Origin: Tubiluchus corallicola
Taxonomy: Eukaryota; Animalia; Priapulida
Length of the DNA stretch: 64,000 nucleotides
NCBI GenBank assembly: GCA_030141605.1
Contig: JAQGDQ010000067.1
Location: forward strand, 434,001-498,000
Reading direction: 5' to 3'
Part shown: piece by piece, positions 18,001 through 30,897 of the stretch
Layout: every line of letters starts with the position of its first letter
Position numbering within the stretch: position 1 is the stretch's first letter
Program-made: the position numbers and the translations under genes
The notes under the pieces: model-generated
The model's input: only the letters and a program-made list of their open reading frames with translations
What the model was told of the DNA's origin: nothing
Databases searched by the model: none

Positions 18001-21000
18001 ATGAGTGTTTAAATTGTCACTGGCTGGTAAATCAATTAATGGAATGTGGTATCAAGCCAAATATGCACACTAGATGAAAATTATAAGCTAATATTTCATC
18101 AGATATTTCCAATAACACAATAACTACTATTAAGCAAGATTTTAGTAATTAGTGTCAGCATTATGAAACTAATATTTTATAATTTTATAATTAACTTTAC
18201 AATTAGTTAATAATTAGTTTCATAATACATTTCAAATTTTTGTAAAAAAATTAAATGGCAAAAAGTAATTTGAATGACAATACTCACAGCAATTGTTTGC
18301 GTGGCTTTTTCCTTGGTGAAGCTTCAACAGACGGAACTTCTGATGCAACTGATCCCAAAGTTGCTAATCCTGGTCAGCAGAAAGGCAGATGTGATGATAG
18401 TTTTTAGAAAATAGTTATAGTTGTATCATAAATATATAATTACAAATAAAAAGACAGCACAAATTAATTATTAATTTTCTTTGAAAATGCAGTCGATTGG
18501 TAATTCTCTGAACAAGCTTATTTTAAATCCTATATAAAGCATTACTTTGATGTTTAACAGTACCAGTCAAATCTATAAAAAACAATTCACTGGTGTAATG
18601 GTTTTTGTTTCACTTTAAAATGCCTTCTGCGATATCAAATTAGGTTAGCTGAATCACAAGTAGGACATAGAAAGCGTCCAAGCAATCAGCAAGCAAAAAG
18701 CGTTTATTTCTTTTTTAACATCATTTGTGTAATCACATTACACAGCTTGCCTTAACTTGGGATGGATTTTTAGATACTGAACTGTGATAAGCCAAAGTTG
18801 ATAAACCTAATGGTTTCATCCAACTGTAGATAGGTGGTTTTGATTGATTGCTACCAGTAAGAGAATTCTGACCAGCTCTGTTGATACCGAGAGGTTGTGG
18901 ATTCCAATCTTATTTGAATTACATTTTAGTGCCTTGCCCTTTAAATAATTACCAGGCTTATTATAGTTCAATATCTAAAAATAATATCATTTATCGTACG
19001 TCATTTTAAAAAATCAATTATGAATTATATTTCAGATGTCATTGTGTTCAAACCAGGTAGAATATTGGCCAGTCTGTTACAGAATTTTTAACTAATTTCA
19101 GCTTGTTCACAGGAATTGGCAAGGCTTGTCATATTTGCTTTTTCTTACCATTCTCTGCATTGTCTTGAGACTCTTGCTTGATATCTGAGCTCAGTGGGCT
19201 AAAATCTGAAATCATTGACTGCATGCCATTAGACTCTGCAGATTCTGTACTAGAATGACTTGCTTCACAAACAGTAGACGGTTGCTCAACAATTAAACTG
19301 CAAAGAAATTACAGATAAAATTGTCAAAAGAGTAAAAGAAAAGAAAAAATAACTAAAAAATTGTCTGTGTTGTGTTTATGTACGTTTTATGTATGAATAA
19401 ATAATAAATAAAATAAATAAATATTCATGCACAAAGTCAGCACCTGTCTCAAGACTAGGAAGCAGGAGTGCTAGATGAGTATTGACATTTAATAACAATA
19501 TATCAACTTCATGTTCGAAAATAATCATACATATATTGGACTTGCATATTGTGCATCTTAATTATAGCTTCAGTCTTATTCAATGGCCATGTTAATGCAT
19601 TGGTTCCTAAACAATTTACACCTGCACTATTTAAAATGTCTTGAACATTATAGTTCATTAGGAAGTGAATAATTGTTTTAAGAACAAAATAATATCATTA
19701 ATATTTGCTTTGGCATGATGTATGATTTGATTTTGATGTGGCCCGGTTTTAACTGGACGTACTAGGATTTCACAAACCTATTAAATAAAGCCACGCCTTT
19801 CATGAGAAATAATGTAAATGCACAGAGATTGTATATTGTTCATTTATTTGGTTAAATAAAACTTTCAAATGTACTGGAGTTAGTAGCAATATGACATCAC
19901 AGTCCAAGAAGAATTCACTCAATGGCAAGTGAACACTGTATTTGTGCTGCAAAATAATGATGTAAATAGCACTTAATGCAAGTTAAATGTATATTTTAAT
20001 TTCTGATTAACTGCAGTTTTGAATTATCCACCCAAGCTCAGTCGAAGGTTAGCATGGACTGACATTCATGATTTCAAAATTGTATACCTAATTTTTGATG
20101 GTGTAGTTGTAGTGAAGCCCTTGCTTTCCTGAAGGGGACTATTACTTGCACTGCTATCAATCCATGCACTCGACACTGATGGTGTTTTTTTAACAGGTGT
20201 TCTAAAAAATATCAAAGCAGATCACACAGATATAGAGAACTCACAATTAATGTTCCACAGACTTTTTCATGCCCATCAGTTATGAGCAATCAGAACTGAG
20301 TGAGTGAGTGATGTTTTTACTCAATTTGGCAATGCAAGCCAAAATTTAACACTCAACACCAAGGCACTCACTTCTGAATATCTGTAGTATGATGGGAAGA
20401 AACCTAATTACCAAGAATAATAATCTAAGATGAAGTTCTGAATAGCAGAGATGTCTTGACCACGTCCAGATATATCTTCTATCAACGACAGAAATAGACG
20501 GAAGCAATATATGAACCCACATAAAAAGATACGAGTTTTTGCAGTGATCAACAATCCATATAGTAATCAAGCTTTATACTGGTTAATTCTTATCCAAGTA
20601 AATACCTTGATTATTCAGCTGTTCCCCTTGCCCACTTAAGCAAAAGAAATTTGTTTGAACATACCCGTCATTTGTTCGCTTGCGAAGAATGCTTGGTCTA
20701 GGAGATGTAGCATTTGTATTAGTGGTTGGTGTTTGCAACGGATGTCCATTTGGTGCTGCTGCTCTAATAGCAACCACATCAACCGTTGCACTATGTGTAG
20801 TCATTGGCTCTCCAGAAGATACTAACAACCACAAAAAATAAAGTAATACAAATGTTTAGTATGACCACCGTACGTTTAATGTTAAAGCTAAAATTAACAG
20901 CAATGTAAAAACACAATTCTATCTAACACAAAAGCTACTCAACATACCAACACCAGACTGGGGAGCACTAATAGGTCCGTAAGTGCGAACACCAGTAAAA

Positions 21001-24000
21001 GCTTGTTGATAGGAGGTACCACGAAACTCACTGCGACCATAATATGTTGGCACCTGCACAGCTGATCTGTAAATAGAAACTGCTTTGGTAATATATAATA
21101 ACGTTTGGTATCATCTATTAAAAAACTCTAAGACAATGCATTATTTATTTAACTGACAAAGTTATTACCTGAGCTCTTGCTGTCTTGGATCAGCCAGATT
21201 AGCTTGTGTTGGGTGCACAGATGAATTTGTTGGTAAAACACTTGTTGAAGTGATTTTCAAGTCTACTGGACCACCAATAGGAGCGACATCAGCAGTGGTT
21301 GCTTGAGTTACAATTCCTGTATCTTTTGGCTTAAGCGTAAAATCTGATGCACTTTTTACAATCTGGTTGCTACAAGGTTCTGTAGCAGTATTTTGCAAAG
21401 CAGCAGCAGTTGATACAGTACTGTTAAATGTGCCGGCAGTATGAGATTTGCCCGTAGAGGAAGTAGTAACCATTCTAGTTGAGGGACAGACTGTTTCCAT
21501 GCCCGATGAATTAGTTCCTGCCACAGTTATGAGAGTGGGAGTGATAATTTTGGCTGTTGCTGATTTCATACTTGTAACAGAAGCAGTGCTTCTAGCAGAG
21601 ACTGGAGCTCCAGAAATACTACGACTGACAGTACCGCCAGATACTGGTGCAAGCGAAGTTTCTAAAGCTCCAGAAACGTTGCCAGAAAATGCCATTACTG
21701 TTCCGGATGTTATCCCTAATGATGTAGTGGCAACAGAAACAGGAGTGGCCGACATGATTCTAGTTGCACTAGACAAGTTCTGCACGTAAGATGAAACGGG
21801 AGCGGTCATGATACCTCTTGTTACTTCAATGAGTGGTGCAGTTGGACTAGTAAAACTGCCTGGCATGTAAACGATATTGTGTGGTGCAGAAATCATCTCA
21901 GAGTGACCTCTACTTGTTATTGCTGCATGTTGTTGATGAGAATATGGTTTACCTAAAATAATTTATTCACAATAGTTAAATTGCTAACAATAAAAAGAAG
22001 CCATAAGTTCTAAACTTTACAAAGCCTGCTGTCAGATTATAGCAAGACCATAGACAATTTCGTGTTTGTCCAGGTCACATGTGAGTTTAGCTTCATTTTT
22101 ATCTTGATAAGTATACAATAATAATGTAATAATAACTGCGCTCTGCAGAATATCAATACCTGATATTCCAGATTCACTAGCAGCTAACTGAAATCCAGAA
22201 ATGTATGTTGTTGCTCCTGAAAAATTAAAATGTAAATTCCACTAATTGCCATTGCCCTAATTAGTGTCACCTTTAAGTAAAAATACTTTGACCTAGTACT
22301 TATCTAGTCCTTAAGCTACTGAAGACCTCTCAAGTTTTTTGAACGTTATAACCAAAAATAATAAATAATAAATACATTGTACCTGGCTTGCTGACACGCA
22401 ATGAAGGATAATCGATTTTCTCTTTTACATCCCTAGATAACGGATGAGGTACAGCTGAATGTGATGTTTGCAGAGAAAGATAATTCTGCATTGTCATTGC
22501 ATGACTATTTCTGCCATGTGGTAATGGTGACTGATAGATGAAATGGTGGTCAATCTGTTTAGGAGAAGTGTGAACTTTAGGATGCTGCTGCACGATTGGA
22601 GGCGGCGGAGTTTTAGTTCGAGGTGCAGTTCTGGGAAGACTAGCAGCATGTCTTGACGGTGGCGGAGTAGTGGCTTTCAAAGGTTTCTGTAATGAAAGGG
22701 GATAAGCAGGTCGCGTCACCTGTGTTCGCAAAGTCGATGTCGGACAAGCCTGAACTTGAACAGGTTGAGATACATAAGGACGGTCAATGTGAGTCTGAGA
22801 CACAGTAGTAACTTGAGCTGCAAGTGACCGGGCTGGAATGGAAAGCGCTCGAGATGAACTAGAAGCACTAACAGTAGCCTTTTGTTGCATTCCAACAGCT
22901 GACATATTGGTAAGCATGTGAACTTGATGAGTGCTGGACTGAACTGTTGTTGAACTTGCTTTTGGATGGGTAATAGAGTGAGCATTGCTAACTGACTGTG
23001 GAATGCCGGCATACATAGTGGGGTAAATTGACTGTAAATTCATGGCAGCTGATGGTGGCATTATAGATTGTGTGATGTGTATAGGTTTTACGTGACTCAC
23101 ATTACGCGAATCAATAGGCATAATTTGTGAGGGAGTGGTTACAGTTGTAGCTCCTGCTGCTGCAGCTGGCATACTCATGCTGTAAGCTGGCCTGCAAGTA
23201 ACAAACACACATAAATTTCTTGACACAAATTAAGAATTACAACACTTATATACAAAAACGCATTATAGTCGTGAGTGGTTCTTACAGAATTTTTGATAAT
23301 TCGTGGCAATATTATGTTGCAAGAAAGTATACATGAGAATGAAGTATTTGGGTACTAGTATGTTTGGTGTCATTCAGGCAAAGTCCTGGCCACAAAATCA
23401 TCAAAGTCCGAGGACTGGAGGATACACACAATCAGTGAATACTGAATTAAATGTGACTTCTTCCGTTGCTAACAATTTATTATATTAAAAATGCCAAACA
23501 TAACAACTGTAGAATTAGTAACATTGACAACATTATTAGAAATTCTATGGTAAACCTATAAAAATTATTATAAAAAAAGTTGAAAGCTATCTTAAGATTT
23601 AGAGAAACATAGCCCAAGTTAAGCCACTGCCCATGGCTAGCAAGTGTATCTGTAAATACATGCACCAAAAACACTAGGAAGCTATATCATTAAATACTCT
23701 CACTATACTGGTTAATTGCAATAAGACAAGTAATAGCTACTAGCAAAGCTAAATTTAAAAAACTTTATAGAAGTTTGCCACTCTAAGAGAAATTTCACAG
23801 AATTTCACCACTAGGATTGGGGTATTGTTGCAATCTGGTTCCAAATTAAAATTTTGGTGAAAAATTTTTCCTAAGTATTCCAAAAACTTCAGCTGCTGAT
23901 AAATTTGAAAGACGTCTGCTGTTGATAGCACAAAAATATATGCTAGAATTACATAACATTCATTACATGTTGTGCCTCTAATAGCAGACATTCTACGAAC

Positions 24001-27000
24001 TATTCAATGTTAAATTTCTCATTGAAAATGGAATCCAGAATGCCAAAATATTTGTCTTATAAACAAAAACTAATTTAATGAAATACATCTGTCAACATCT
24101 CACCTATTTAGCAATTCTGCAGGTTGTGCTATGGCTGTACTAGTCTTTGCTGTAAGTGCTGTACCCAACTGTTTAGTTGTTGCTATAGGTGTACCATGAC
24201 CCTAGCATAACAAGATATTTATAAGTAGGACACACCAACAGTATAGGAATCTCTACACTAATGAACTCACATTAATGGACACACATGCCTTATATTTCAC
24301 ATCTGTGACCGTCTCACACTGGTGTACTTTCGTAGAAATAAAACAGAATACAGAATAGTAACGTACAATACAGTATAAATCATCCATAAGTTTTTAACGT
24401 TCTTGTGCTACTACTCAACAACATTATGCACAGAAAACTAAATGCTGTTTGTACTGACTCATGATTGTGTGCCATTCTGAGCAATTCAATGCTTTTACAA
24501 CAAGCAAATAATATGACCAGGTTCTCAACTTATCATAATTCTAATTTAGGCTTCACTTTATCTATCATTCTAGCTTGAGTCCCAAGAAATTTTTCCATTA
24601 TACACTTAATGCATTGCCTTGTTCTAGGAAGCATCTTTCAAAAGTCAAACAGCTTTTGAGAGGTCACAAGCAAGAAGATTATACTCGCATTTGCTTGTTG
24701 GAGCACTTAAATAATGAAAGAGTTGACAAACCTGTATGCCAGCATGCATGGGAAGAATTGCAGGTGAAGGAAGCCTTAAAACAGCTGCAGCAATTGCAGA
24801 TTTTGATGCTGTGACACCTGCAGCCCCTGTAATCAATAACTCAGGTTTGTAATAGACACTTTAGAAAACAAAGCAGTTGGTAACTACATGCTACAGTTGA
24901 GGAAAAAGAATCTGTACTTGCATATGTAGTTTGCACAGTCTTCATGCAAAAAAGCTAGGTATAGTAAGTCCTCACTTAACGACACCAAAGCCAAGCTTAG
25001 GTCGACTTGAACACAACTCGCAGAAAACAGTCGTAGACACCCGCTCAGGTCGACTGCGACTGATTTTCAGCAACTGCGAGCAACTAGGAAGATGCAAGTT
25101 CCAGCGAGTCGCTGCACTGCTCAAGTCGACGACAACTGAGCGTACGCGATTGGAACTTTTCCAGTGAAACTGATTATATTAGCTATCAATTAGAAGACAA
25201 TATTATGTTTTCTTTTTGAAAACTTTAGCTATAGCAAAATTGTTGTTCTCACCTTTATAACAGTGGCATGAACATCGAATATGAAAATTAAACAAACGTA
25301 ATATTCCGTTTTCAATGGTAAATGTCTGCTAAATTTTGTACCAGACGATATTAGGGGTTTCATTTTTTAGTACATAGCTCACACCTTTCTAGGATGTCTT
25401 AAAAAATAAATGGTGATTGGTGGTATCCAGCAGCTCAGTTCCAGCAAGTTGCAAACAATGCTCAAGTTGCTGCGATCGATTGGAAGTGGGGGGGACAGTA
25501 TCCCGTGAGCATGAGGAACTGAGTTGCGCTGCAAGGCTGCGTATGTCAACTGGATACACTTGGAACTGGCGGCATGCAGTTGCCCCTACTAGCTGCCAGT
25601 TGGCGAGACTCCAGTTGCTCTCAGTTGTGTTGTGTCGCACAGTTGACCTAAGCCTGCCTTAATGCGTTCCAGCAAAACTCCCTGTTAAGGGAAACATCGT
25701 TATATAAAACAATGTCTTCCATAGGAAACAATGTAAAAGTATTCAGTCGAATTTCCCCGCCCAAAGATTAATAATGGTTGGCTTACGTAAGAGCACTTAC
25801 TAAGTTAGCCTGCAAGAAAAAAATCAATAATGCTTGGCTAATAAATCAAACACTTTATGACGTTTATTCCAGACAATTTTTAACTAAAAGCTAAAGAAAA
25901 CTAAAATTTGCAATGAAAATTCAAACTTGGAACATAGGCTTTCTTTCTTGCATACACATTGACCGCCTTGTACCATTTCTTCCTCTTTCTTTTCCTGCAT
26001 ACAGTTTTTTACAAAAAAAATCTAGCGTTGATCACACAGACTCTTTCTTTTTTTGTGCTAAAACTTCTTTCCAACATTAAAGCATTAGCAACATCTTGTC
26101 CCACTTCTGAACTTCGCTCTCTATCTAGATTATTTTTACAACAAAATTCAAATCTAGTGCTAATACTGCCTTTTTAAAAACTTTATGCAGATGTTTAATG
26201 GTAACTATTTCTGATTAACAATCCCGAGAATATTTCTAGTGGTGTTTTTCAGACAATGTAAATGCAAATGAGGTGAACACAGCAATAATTAACCCACTAA
26301 TGTGGCATCAGTGGAATTTCATCTCAGTGGTTTTGTTTACAGCAAACTCAACAGTGTTTAATTGAATGTGAATAAAGATGAAATGCTTACCTCTAGGCAA
26401 ATGTGTAGCATACATCTGCTGATGATGGAGTGGTGCAGAATTATAGCTACCTATCAACTGTCCAGTACTAGCTCTAATTACTGTAGTAAATGGTGCTGTA
26501 TTTACTGACGTAGGCTGAGAATCACCTTTTCATAGCAAAAATAAAATGTAGAATGTATCAGAAATGTAAAAATGTTGTGCTATAATTAGATAACCATATA
26601 TATAGTAGTACAAAATTTATATATAATTTCCAAAAATGTAAAGAATGAAAAAACATGATCGTTTACAATCGGCAAAATCTTGGATAAAATTTACACTTTT
26701 TTATACCATTCTGCACAATGCAAAGCAGAACCAAGCTCACAGGGCTCATTATTAAGACAAACTTCTAAGATGAGACACTTGTACTAATTACATTTCGATG
26801 TTTAGTGATGTGTCTGGTGTTACCTTCCAGCAAAGCTCCCACAGCATATTTGACTGCAACACTATATTTGACTTACCTAACTTTTTTTATACCATTCTGC
26901 AAATTGCAAAGCAGAACCAAGCTCACAGGGCTCATTATTAAGACAAACTTCTAAGATGAGACACTTGTACTAATTACATTTCGATGTTTAGTGATGTGTC

Positions 27001-28380
27001 TGGTGTTACCTTCCAGCAAAGCTCCCATAGCATATTTGACTGCAACACTATATTTGACTTACCTAACTGTAGAGTGAAGGAAGTGAAGCCTAGCAATTAA
27101 CGATAGATTAACTAATATCTGTACATGCTACAACAATCATAACATGCAATTTAAATGTTATCATAAATGCAAATGTTACATTTCAAGAAATCAGTTGTAG
27201 TGTACGTATAACAGCTTAAAGGAAGAATGTTTCAATAGCTTTTTACTGCAGCAAATCATAATAATGTAGAGCAGTGTTTTAACCTGTTGTAACTTGTGGC
27301 TTTCCTGTCAACTGAAAAACTGGAGCTGGAGCAATTGGTCTCACTCCACCAATGGTTGTTACTCGATTACATGTACCTGCCTATATAAAGATATGTACTT
27401 TGCATGTAAAAAATGTTTACTCATCTTGAATATTGCTGGTATTCAAAATTTAAATTTTACAACAAGATAGTATCCATTCAAAATACTGAACACTTTGGAA
27501 TTTGTAAATTCACCTCAGACATAATACGCCACAAGGCGAACACTCAGTTGTAAAAAAGAGATTACTCTTATTGCAAATTCAGTAATAAGCGAGCAAGGTG
27601 GTCTTCTTGTTTATGTTTACTTGATATCTAAAACATACACAGTATATACTGCTTTTGGTACTTGATGATAAAGCAGGCAATAAAGCAGAAGTTGGATTAC
27701 AAGAAGTCTCAATTCGAGTCATTGTACAAATTTATCAATTGAAACTGAGGCGACAAATGAATTAAGTAAATAATTAGCACAGAATGCATGTAGTGATACT
27801 CATAGAATGCGACACTGTAGAAGATTTTAACGAAGAGATTTGCTTTTAATAATACGGCACATATTTCCTAATGTTATGTACGATAAAATTCAGTGCAAAT
27901 CTAAATGTATTAGCTCTGGCATGCAAACCGAATGTATTAAATCGAAATGTATGCAAATCAAACATAAATAAGTAATGTACTAACTTAATCGTAATGCCAG
28001 AAGTGTATTTGTGGCTCAGAAAATAACAGAATGTAGCAGTATTATACTTGACGAAACCATTGTTTTTTCCTAACATAAAATTTTAAAGAAACACAAAGTT
28101 TTATTTCAAAATTGTAACTGAACCAACACAAGCTACACAGTCCCTTGCAGTTGTAAGGAGTAGACCATGACATATGAAGTAAATAAAGCCAGTATCCAGA
28201 CAATTTGCTTACCTGGGTTGAAGTAATTACAGGCTTCATATTATCAACAGATTTAACAACAGTAAGCGGTGGATTTTCAGACTTCCTCACTACTTGATCA
28301 GTAACTGTTTCAACTGGCTGAGCTTGACTTTGTCTTGCATGTGCTTGACCAGACAAACCCGATGGCTGAATGTTACTCAT
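11943..28380 (-). CDS. SAP130: Sin3A-associated protein 130 (histone deacetylase complex subunit), 18 coding exons, 1169 aa
   Basis: Phase-consistent GT-AG exon chain of 3510 nt. Contains the SAP130 motifs HLPRGAA, SPRPSILRKR and ASPRKKPRKQ, and the SAP130_C domain (LLSSFKPSWKSCHNHFQRYTDVKVK...ELANQK...GWKLYHLTAQ...GNVQRSKL...LDHK...KKKERI*). Long S/T/P/A-rich low-complexity N-terminal half. Confidence 0.93.
12228..12341 (-). CDS. SAP130: SAP130 coding exon 17
   Basis: TDVEEDVLIKLTRLQEGLCQKLQPYYGDELGAVQEIVK; AG/GT bounded, phase 0-0. Confidence 0.9.
13400..13618 (-). mobile_element. tRNA-derived SINE remnant
   Basis: Minus strand has an A-box-like TAGCCTATTAGCTGG and a perfect B box GGTTCGAATCC (13548-13558), but no cloverleaf. 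Similar isolated B-box-like motifs occur near 15040, 15325, 15832, 58810 and 60160. Confidence 0.5.
13636..13739 (-). CDS. SAP130: SAP130 coding exon 16
   Basis: DRRPTVNELANQKNVLNRINGWKLYHLTAQMDEM; AAG acceptor. Confidence 0.9.
14505..14633 (-). CDS. SAP130: SAP130 coding exon 15
   Basis: NEEQRIVAYPKRYPGMTLLSSFKPSWKSCHNHFQRYTDVKVK. Confidence 0.92.
17618..17766 (-). CDS. SAP130: SAP130 coding exon 14
   Basis: AANEEFVDPDLVGQEDIEVRQRELENRAVERLQEFQQEHVKKQQLHSEK; phases 2-1 fit neighbours. Confidence 0.82.
18288..18369 (-). CDS. SAP130: SAP130 coding exon 13
   Basis: LATLGSVASEVPSVEASPRKKPRKQL. Confidence 0.9.
19149..19297 (-). CDS. SAP130: SAP130 coding exon 12
   Basis: LIVEQPSTVCEASHSSTESAESNGMQSMISDFSPLSSDIKQESQDNAEN; ttgcag| and |gtaag. 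Confidence 0.85.
20088..20201 (-). CDS. SAP130: SAP130 coding exon 11
   Basis: TPVKKTPSVSSAWIDSSASNSPLQESKGFTTTTPSKI; phase 2-2. Confidence 0.82.
20665..20821 (-). CDS. SAP130: SAP130 coding exon 10
   Basis: SSGEPMTTHSATVDVVAIRAAAPNGHPLQTPTTNTNATSPRPSILRKRTND. Confidence 0.9.
20948..21066 (-). CDS. SAP130: SAP130 coding exon 9
   Basis: SAVQVPTYYGRSEFRGTSYQQAFTGVRTYGPISAPQSGV; ttacag| and |gtatgt. Confidence 0.85.
21169..21952 (-). CDS. SAP130: SAP130 coding exon 8
   Basis: 784-nt open S/T-rich exon (covers ORF 21165-21896), AG/GT bounded. Confidence 0.88.
22160..22216 (-). CDS. SAP130: SAP130 coding exon 7 (57 nt, symmetric phase 1-1)
   Basis: ttttcag|GAGCAACA...ATATCAG|gtattg; ATTYISGFQLAASESGIS. 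Confidence 0.72.
22383..23191 (-). CDS. SAP130: SAP130 coding exon 6
   Basis: 809-nt open P/S/T/H-rich exon within ORF 22330-23226. Confidence 0.88.
24104..24201 (-). CDS. SAP130: SAP130 coding exon 5
   Basis: GHGTPIATTKQLGTALTAKTSTAIAQPAELLN; |gtgag donor. Confidence 0.82.
24732..24826 (-). CDS. SAP130: SAP130 coding exon 4
   Basis: AAGVTASKSAIAAAVLRLPSPAILPMHAGIQ; completes HLPRG|AA. Confidence 0.85.
24990..25658. mobile_element. PIF/Harbinger-like MITE in a SAP130 intron
   Basis: Imperfect TIRs GCCAAGCTTAGGTCGACT versus the reverse complement of AGTTGACCTAAGCCTGCC. TTA follows the right end. GC-richer arms rich in CAACT/AGTTG flank an AT-rich core. Confidence 0.6.
26391..26525 (-). CDS. 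SAP130: SAP130 coding exon 3
   Basis: DSQPTSVNTAPFTTVIRASTGQLIGSYNSAPLHHQQMYATHLPR; AAG acceptor required by phase. Confidence 0.82.
26695..27068. repeat. Tandem duplication, 2 x ~186 bp, near identical
   Basis: TTATACCATTCTGC...GACTTACCTAACT occurs at 26701 and again at 26887 with only a few substitutions. Confidence 0.93.
27284..27380 (-). CDS. SAP130: SAP130 coding exon 2
   Basis: AGTCNRVTTIGGVRPIAPAPVFQLTGKPQVTT. Confidence 0.8.
28213..28380 (-). CDS. SAP130: SAP130 coding exon 1 (ATG; an acceptor 9 nt upstream implies a non-coding 5' exon)
   Basis: aaatag|gacaagaaaATGAGTAAC...ACCCAG|gtaagc; MSNIQPSGLSGQAHARQSQ...VITSTQ. Confidence 0.78.
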
Positions 28381-29299
28381 TTTCTTGTCCTATTTAATAG
28401 AAAACTTTAAAGAATTTCAATTCAAAGCAGGCTCGAAATACCTGGATTCGCATTGCAATTCATTCCATAAATTACTGCCGTTGCTCGTTGTTTTTAGTCT
28501 GGTAAAGCAACGACTGCTCCACAAAAACTTTGGTGTCTTCACGTCAGATTACGTAAATATTGCCATATAATAACACTAAATAAGTTAACGCATGCATGTC
28601 TGCCACAAAATAAGCTGAAGAAACCTATTAAGTATTTTACCTATTTGTTTAAACACTTTCGGCATCATTATTAAATCAGGAAAATCTTTTTATGTACAGC
28701 TGCTTCTATTCCAGCAGTCGCCCAGGCAAGCTTATAAGTTTAACTTTTGTAGCTTGATACCAACCACCCCGCTGTCCGGAGTAACTCATCATGAAACAAC
28801 CTGGTTTTGATAATGACTGTCATAGTAAATGAGTACATTCACGATAAAATGCGGATTTCAGTTGTCAAAAAACAAAACAATTTCACTACTGATTAAAGAG
28901 TAGGTAGGAGTAATGCTTCATAAATCAGATTTGTGAGCATAACGGGTATTGGTTGTTTAATTTTACACAACATACAGAAAGCTATCAGTTTGCTTCTAAG
29001 TTTTAAGACAAACATGTTTTGCATGGCAGTAACTGTGCCAAAACAGCTATCAGGCTAGGTGGCACTTAATAAGTGCAGATTTAAAGCAGAATGCAAAGTA
29101 AAATACAACTGCTGCTGCACTTTCATGGTTATCTTTTCTTGTTACATTACAATCTACACTTGTATAATGACAAGCAAGTATAATTGTATAGTTACATGAA
29201 AATAATATAAAAATGAATAGCTAAAAATTGAAACTGTACTTTATTCACCTAATCTGTTTAGTCTGAAATTAGCGCCAAAAAACAGATTACAGCAAATGC

Positions 29300-29504
29300 C
29301 TTGCTAGTTACACAGAGAAAGGACCCTCCCCCGCAGATTATAGCATGCAGCTTATGGGGGAGATGGAAGATGCCTTATGGACTATGGATTAGGGCTCGCT
29401 CCTCACAGCTTTCTCTGTGTGACACCAGCCTAATGCTCCTTTCTTCTCCTCGCAATGACCAGTATCACTCATTATGTGACAATATTTGTGACTAAGTGTA
29501 TATA

Positions 29505-29560
<56 letters not shown>

Positions 29561-29597
29561 ATGTATTATCCATTGAGAAATAAATAAATTCAAATTA
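29300..29597 (+). mobile_element. LINE/SINE 3' end remnant (tentative)
   Basis: CTCCCC...GGGGAG hairpin, then a TA microsatellite and an AATAAATAAATTCAAATT tail, typical of CR1/L2-group 3' ends. Confidence 0.4.
29505..29560. repeat. (TA)n(GT)n microsatellite
   Basis: Directly visible. Confidence 0.95.
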
Positions 29598-30885
29598 AAC
29601 TAGTTAACAACGTTTCTGACGTGGTAAGAGACTAAAGATTTTGCAAACAATAGTTACAGAACTGGGCCTTGTAAAGATGCTAACCTTTTGTTTGAAAATT
29701 ATAATTTACATTTCACTGAATTTGCATTGCTGCTTGATTACATAGGAACTATGCTTCACAACAAAATTGCAACTTGCAACTTTTTAACCCATGACCCATT
29801 GGTCAGAGGTCAACCAATCGGGGCACAACTTAAACCACTAAATTTGGCTCACTGAGGCCTTTCATTTGATATACAAGCTACTTTTGTCGACCCTGGAAGG
29901 CATTGGTCTCCTCGACCCCTATTTTGCCCCTAATGGGGTCACAGGTTAACCATTCTCGTTGTAACCTATGCCATCCGATTTGCCTCATCGCCTCACCACT
30001 ATTTCTAAGTTTTTGGCCCCTACTGGGGTCAGAGATCAACAACCAATTGCTGAGTAGTTATTACCATTCAATTTGTCTCACTGAGACCTTTCATTTGATA
30101 TACTACAAGCTAGTTTCCGTTGAGAATGGAAGGCATTTCTTTCTACGACTCCTATTTTGTCCGCTCGTGGGGTCGCTGCTTAACTATTCTCATCATTACC
30201 TATGCCATTCGATCTACCTCACCTAGACCTTCCATTTGATATGCTACAAAGTACCATTGATCAACACTCGGTGCACTTCTGTTCCTCACCCCTATTTTTT
30301 GGTTTTTGCCCTATAGCGGAAAATTTTGCTAGACGCACATGTACCATATTTTGTGATGCGCAAGGCCATAATACCACCTAGGAACATACCAAATATTGTG
30401 GCTCTACCTCAAAAACTGTGGGAGGAGATGGATCATAAAGAAAAATAAATGAAGCCTCGACTGCTCCGTGACCTTTGACCTGGCAACTCCGGTTACATGT
30501 ATACATAGATAACTTTGCCCAGAGAGTGTACCCTGTGAGTTTTGTGTTCCTAGCCCGCAGCATGTAAAAGGACACCAATTGGGGTACCCAAATTTTGCAT
30601 TTTGGCCCCTCCCTTGGGCATCTAAAGCTTGTCAGCTTTTTAAAACGCCAATTCCACCTGCCCCACAGAACTCGTGAAAAAAATTCGGAAAAAACCGAAA
30701 GCCCTAAGAGGAGATGCATCAATGGAAAAATTGACCGACGCCCACTGCCCTTTCCACTTGAACAGTGGTCAGCACAGTGACCACACTGTTGTACGTCTCC
30801 CACCCAGGGCTACCAACCCTGTGAGTTTGGTGACCCTAGCTTGCAAAGCTTAGGAGTTATTAAGTGTTAAAGATGGGAGAAAGAA
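29598..30885 (-). mobile_element. Non-autonomous Helitron-like element, copy 1, with internal ~141-148 bp tandem units
   Basis: Begins ACTAG (minus-strand 3' CTAG|T) with a subterminal hairpin remnant. Homologous to 30898-31920. Confidence 0.6.
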
Positions 30886-30897
30886 ATAACAATAATA

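Noticed and set aside
19444-19470. 27-nt AG/GT-bounded microexon in SAP130
   Set aside because: Weak pyrimidine tract and donor, and in-frame stops. A poison exon is not supportable without reads.
21448-23012. Overlapping ORFs 21448-21789 (+) and 22716-23012 (-)
   Set aside because: Antisense or alternative-frame shadows of low-complexity SAP130 exons, with no recognisable motifs.
28676-28792. C/D box snoRNA on the minus strand (ATGATGA...CTGA)
   Set aside because: No terminal stem and no rRNA-complementary guide that I can recognise.
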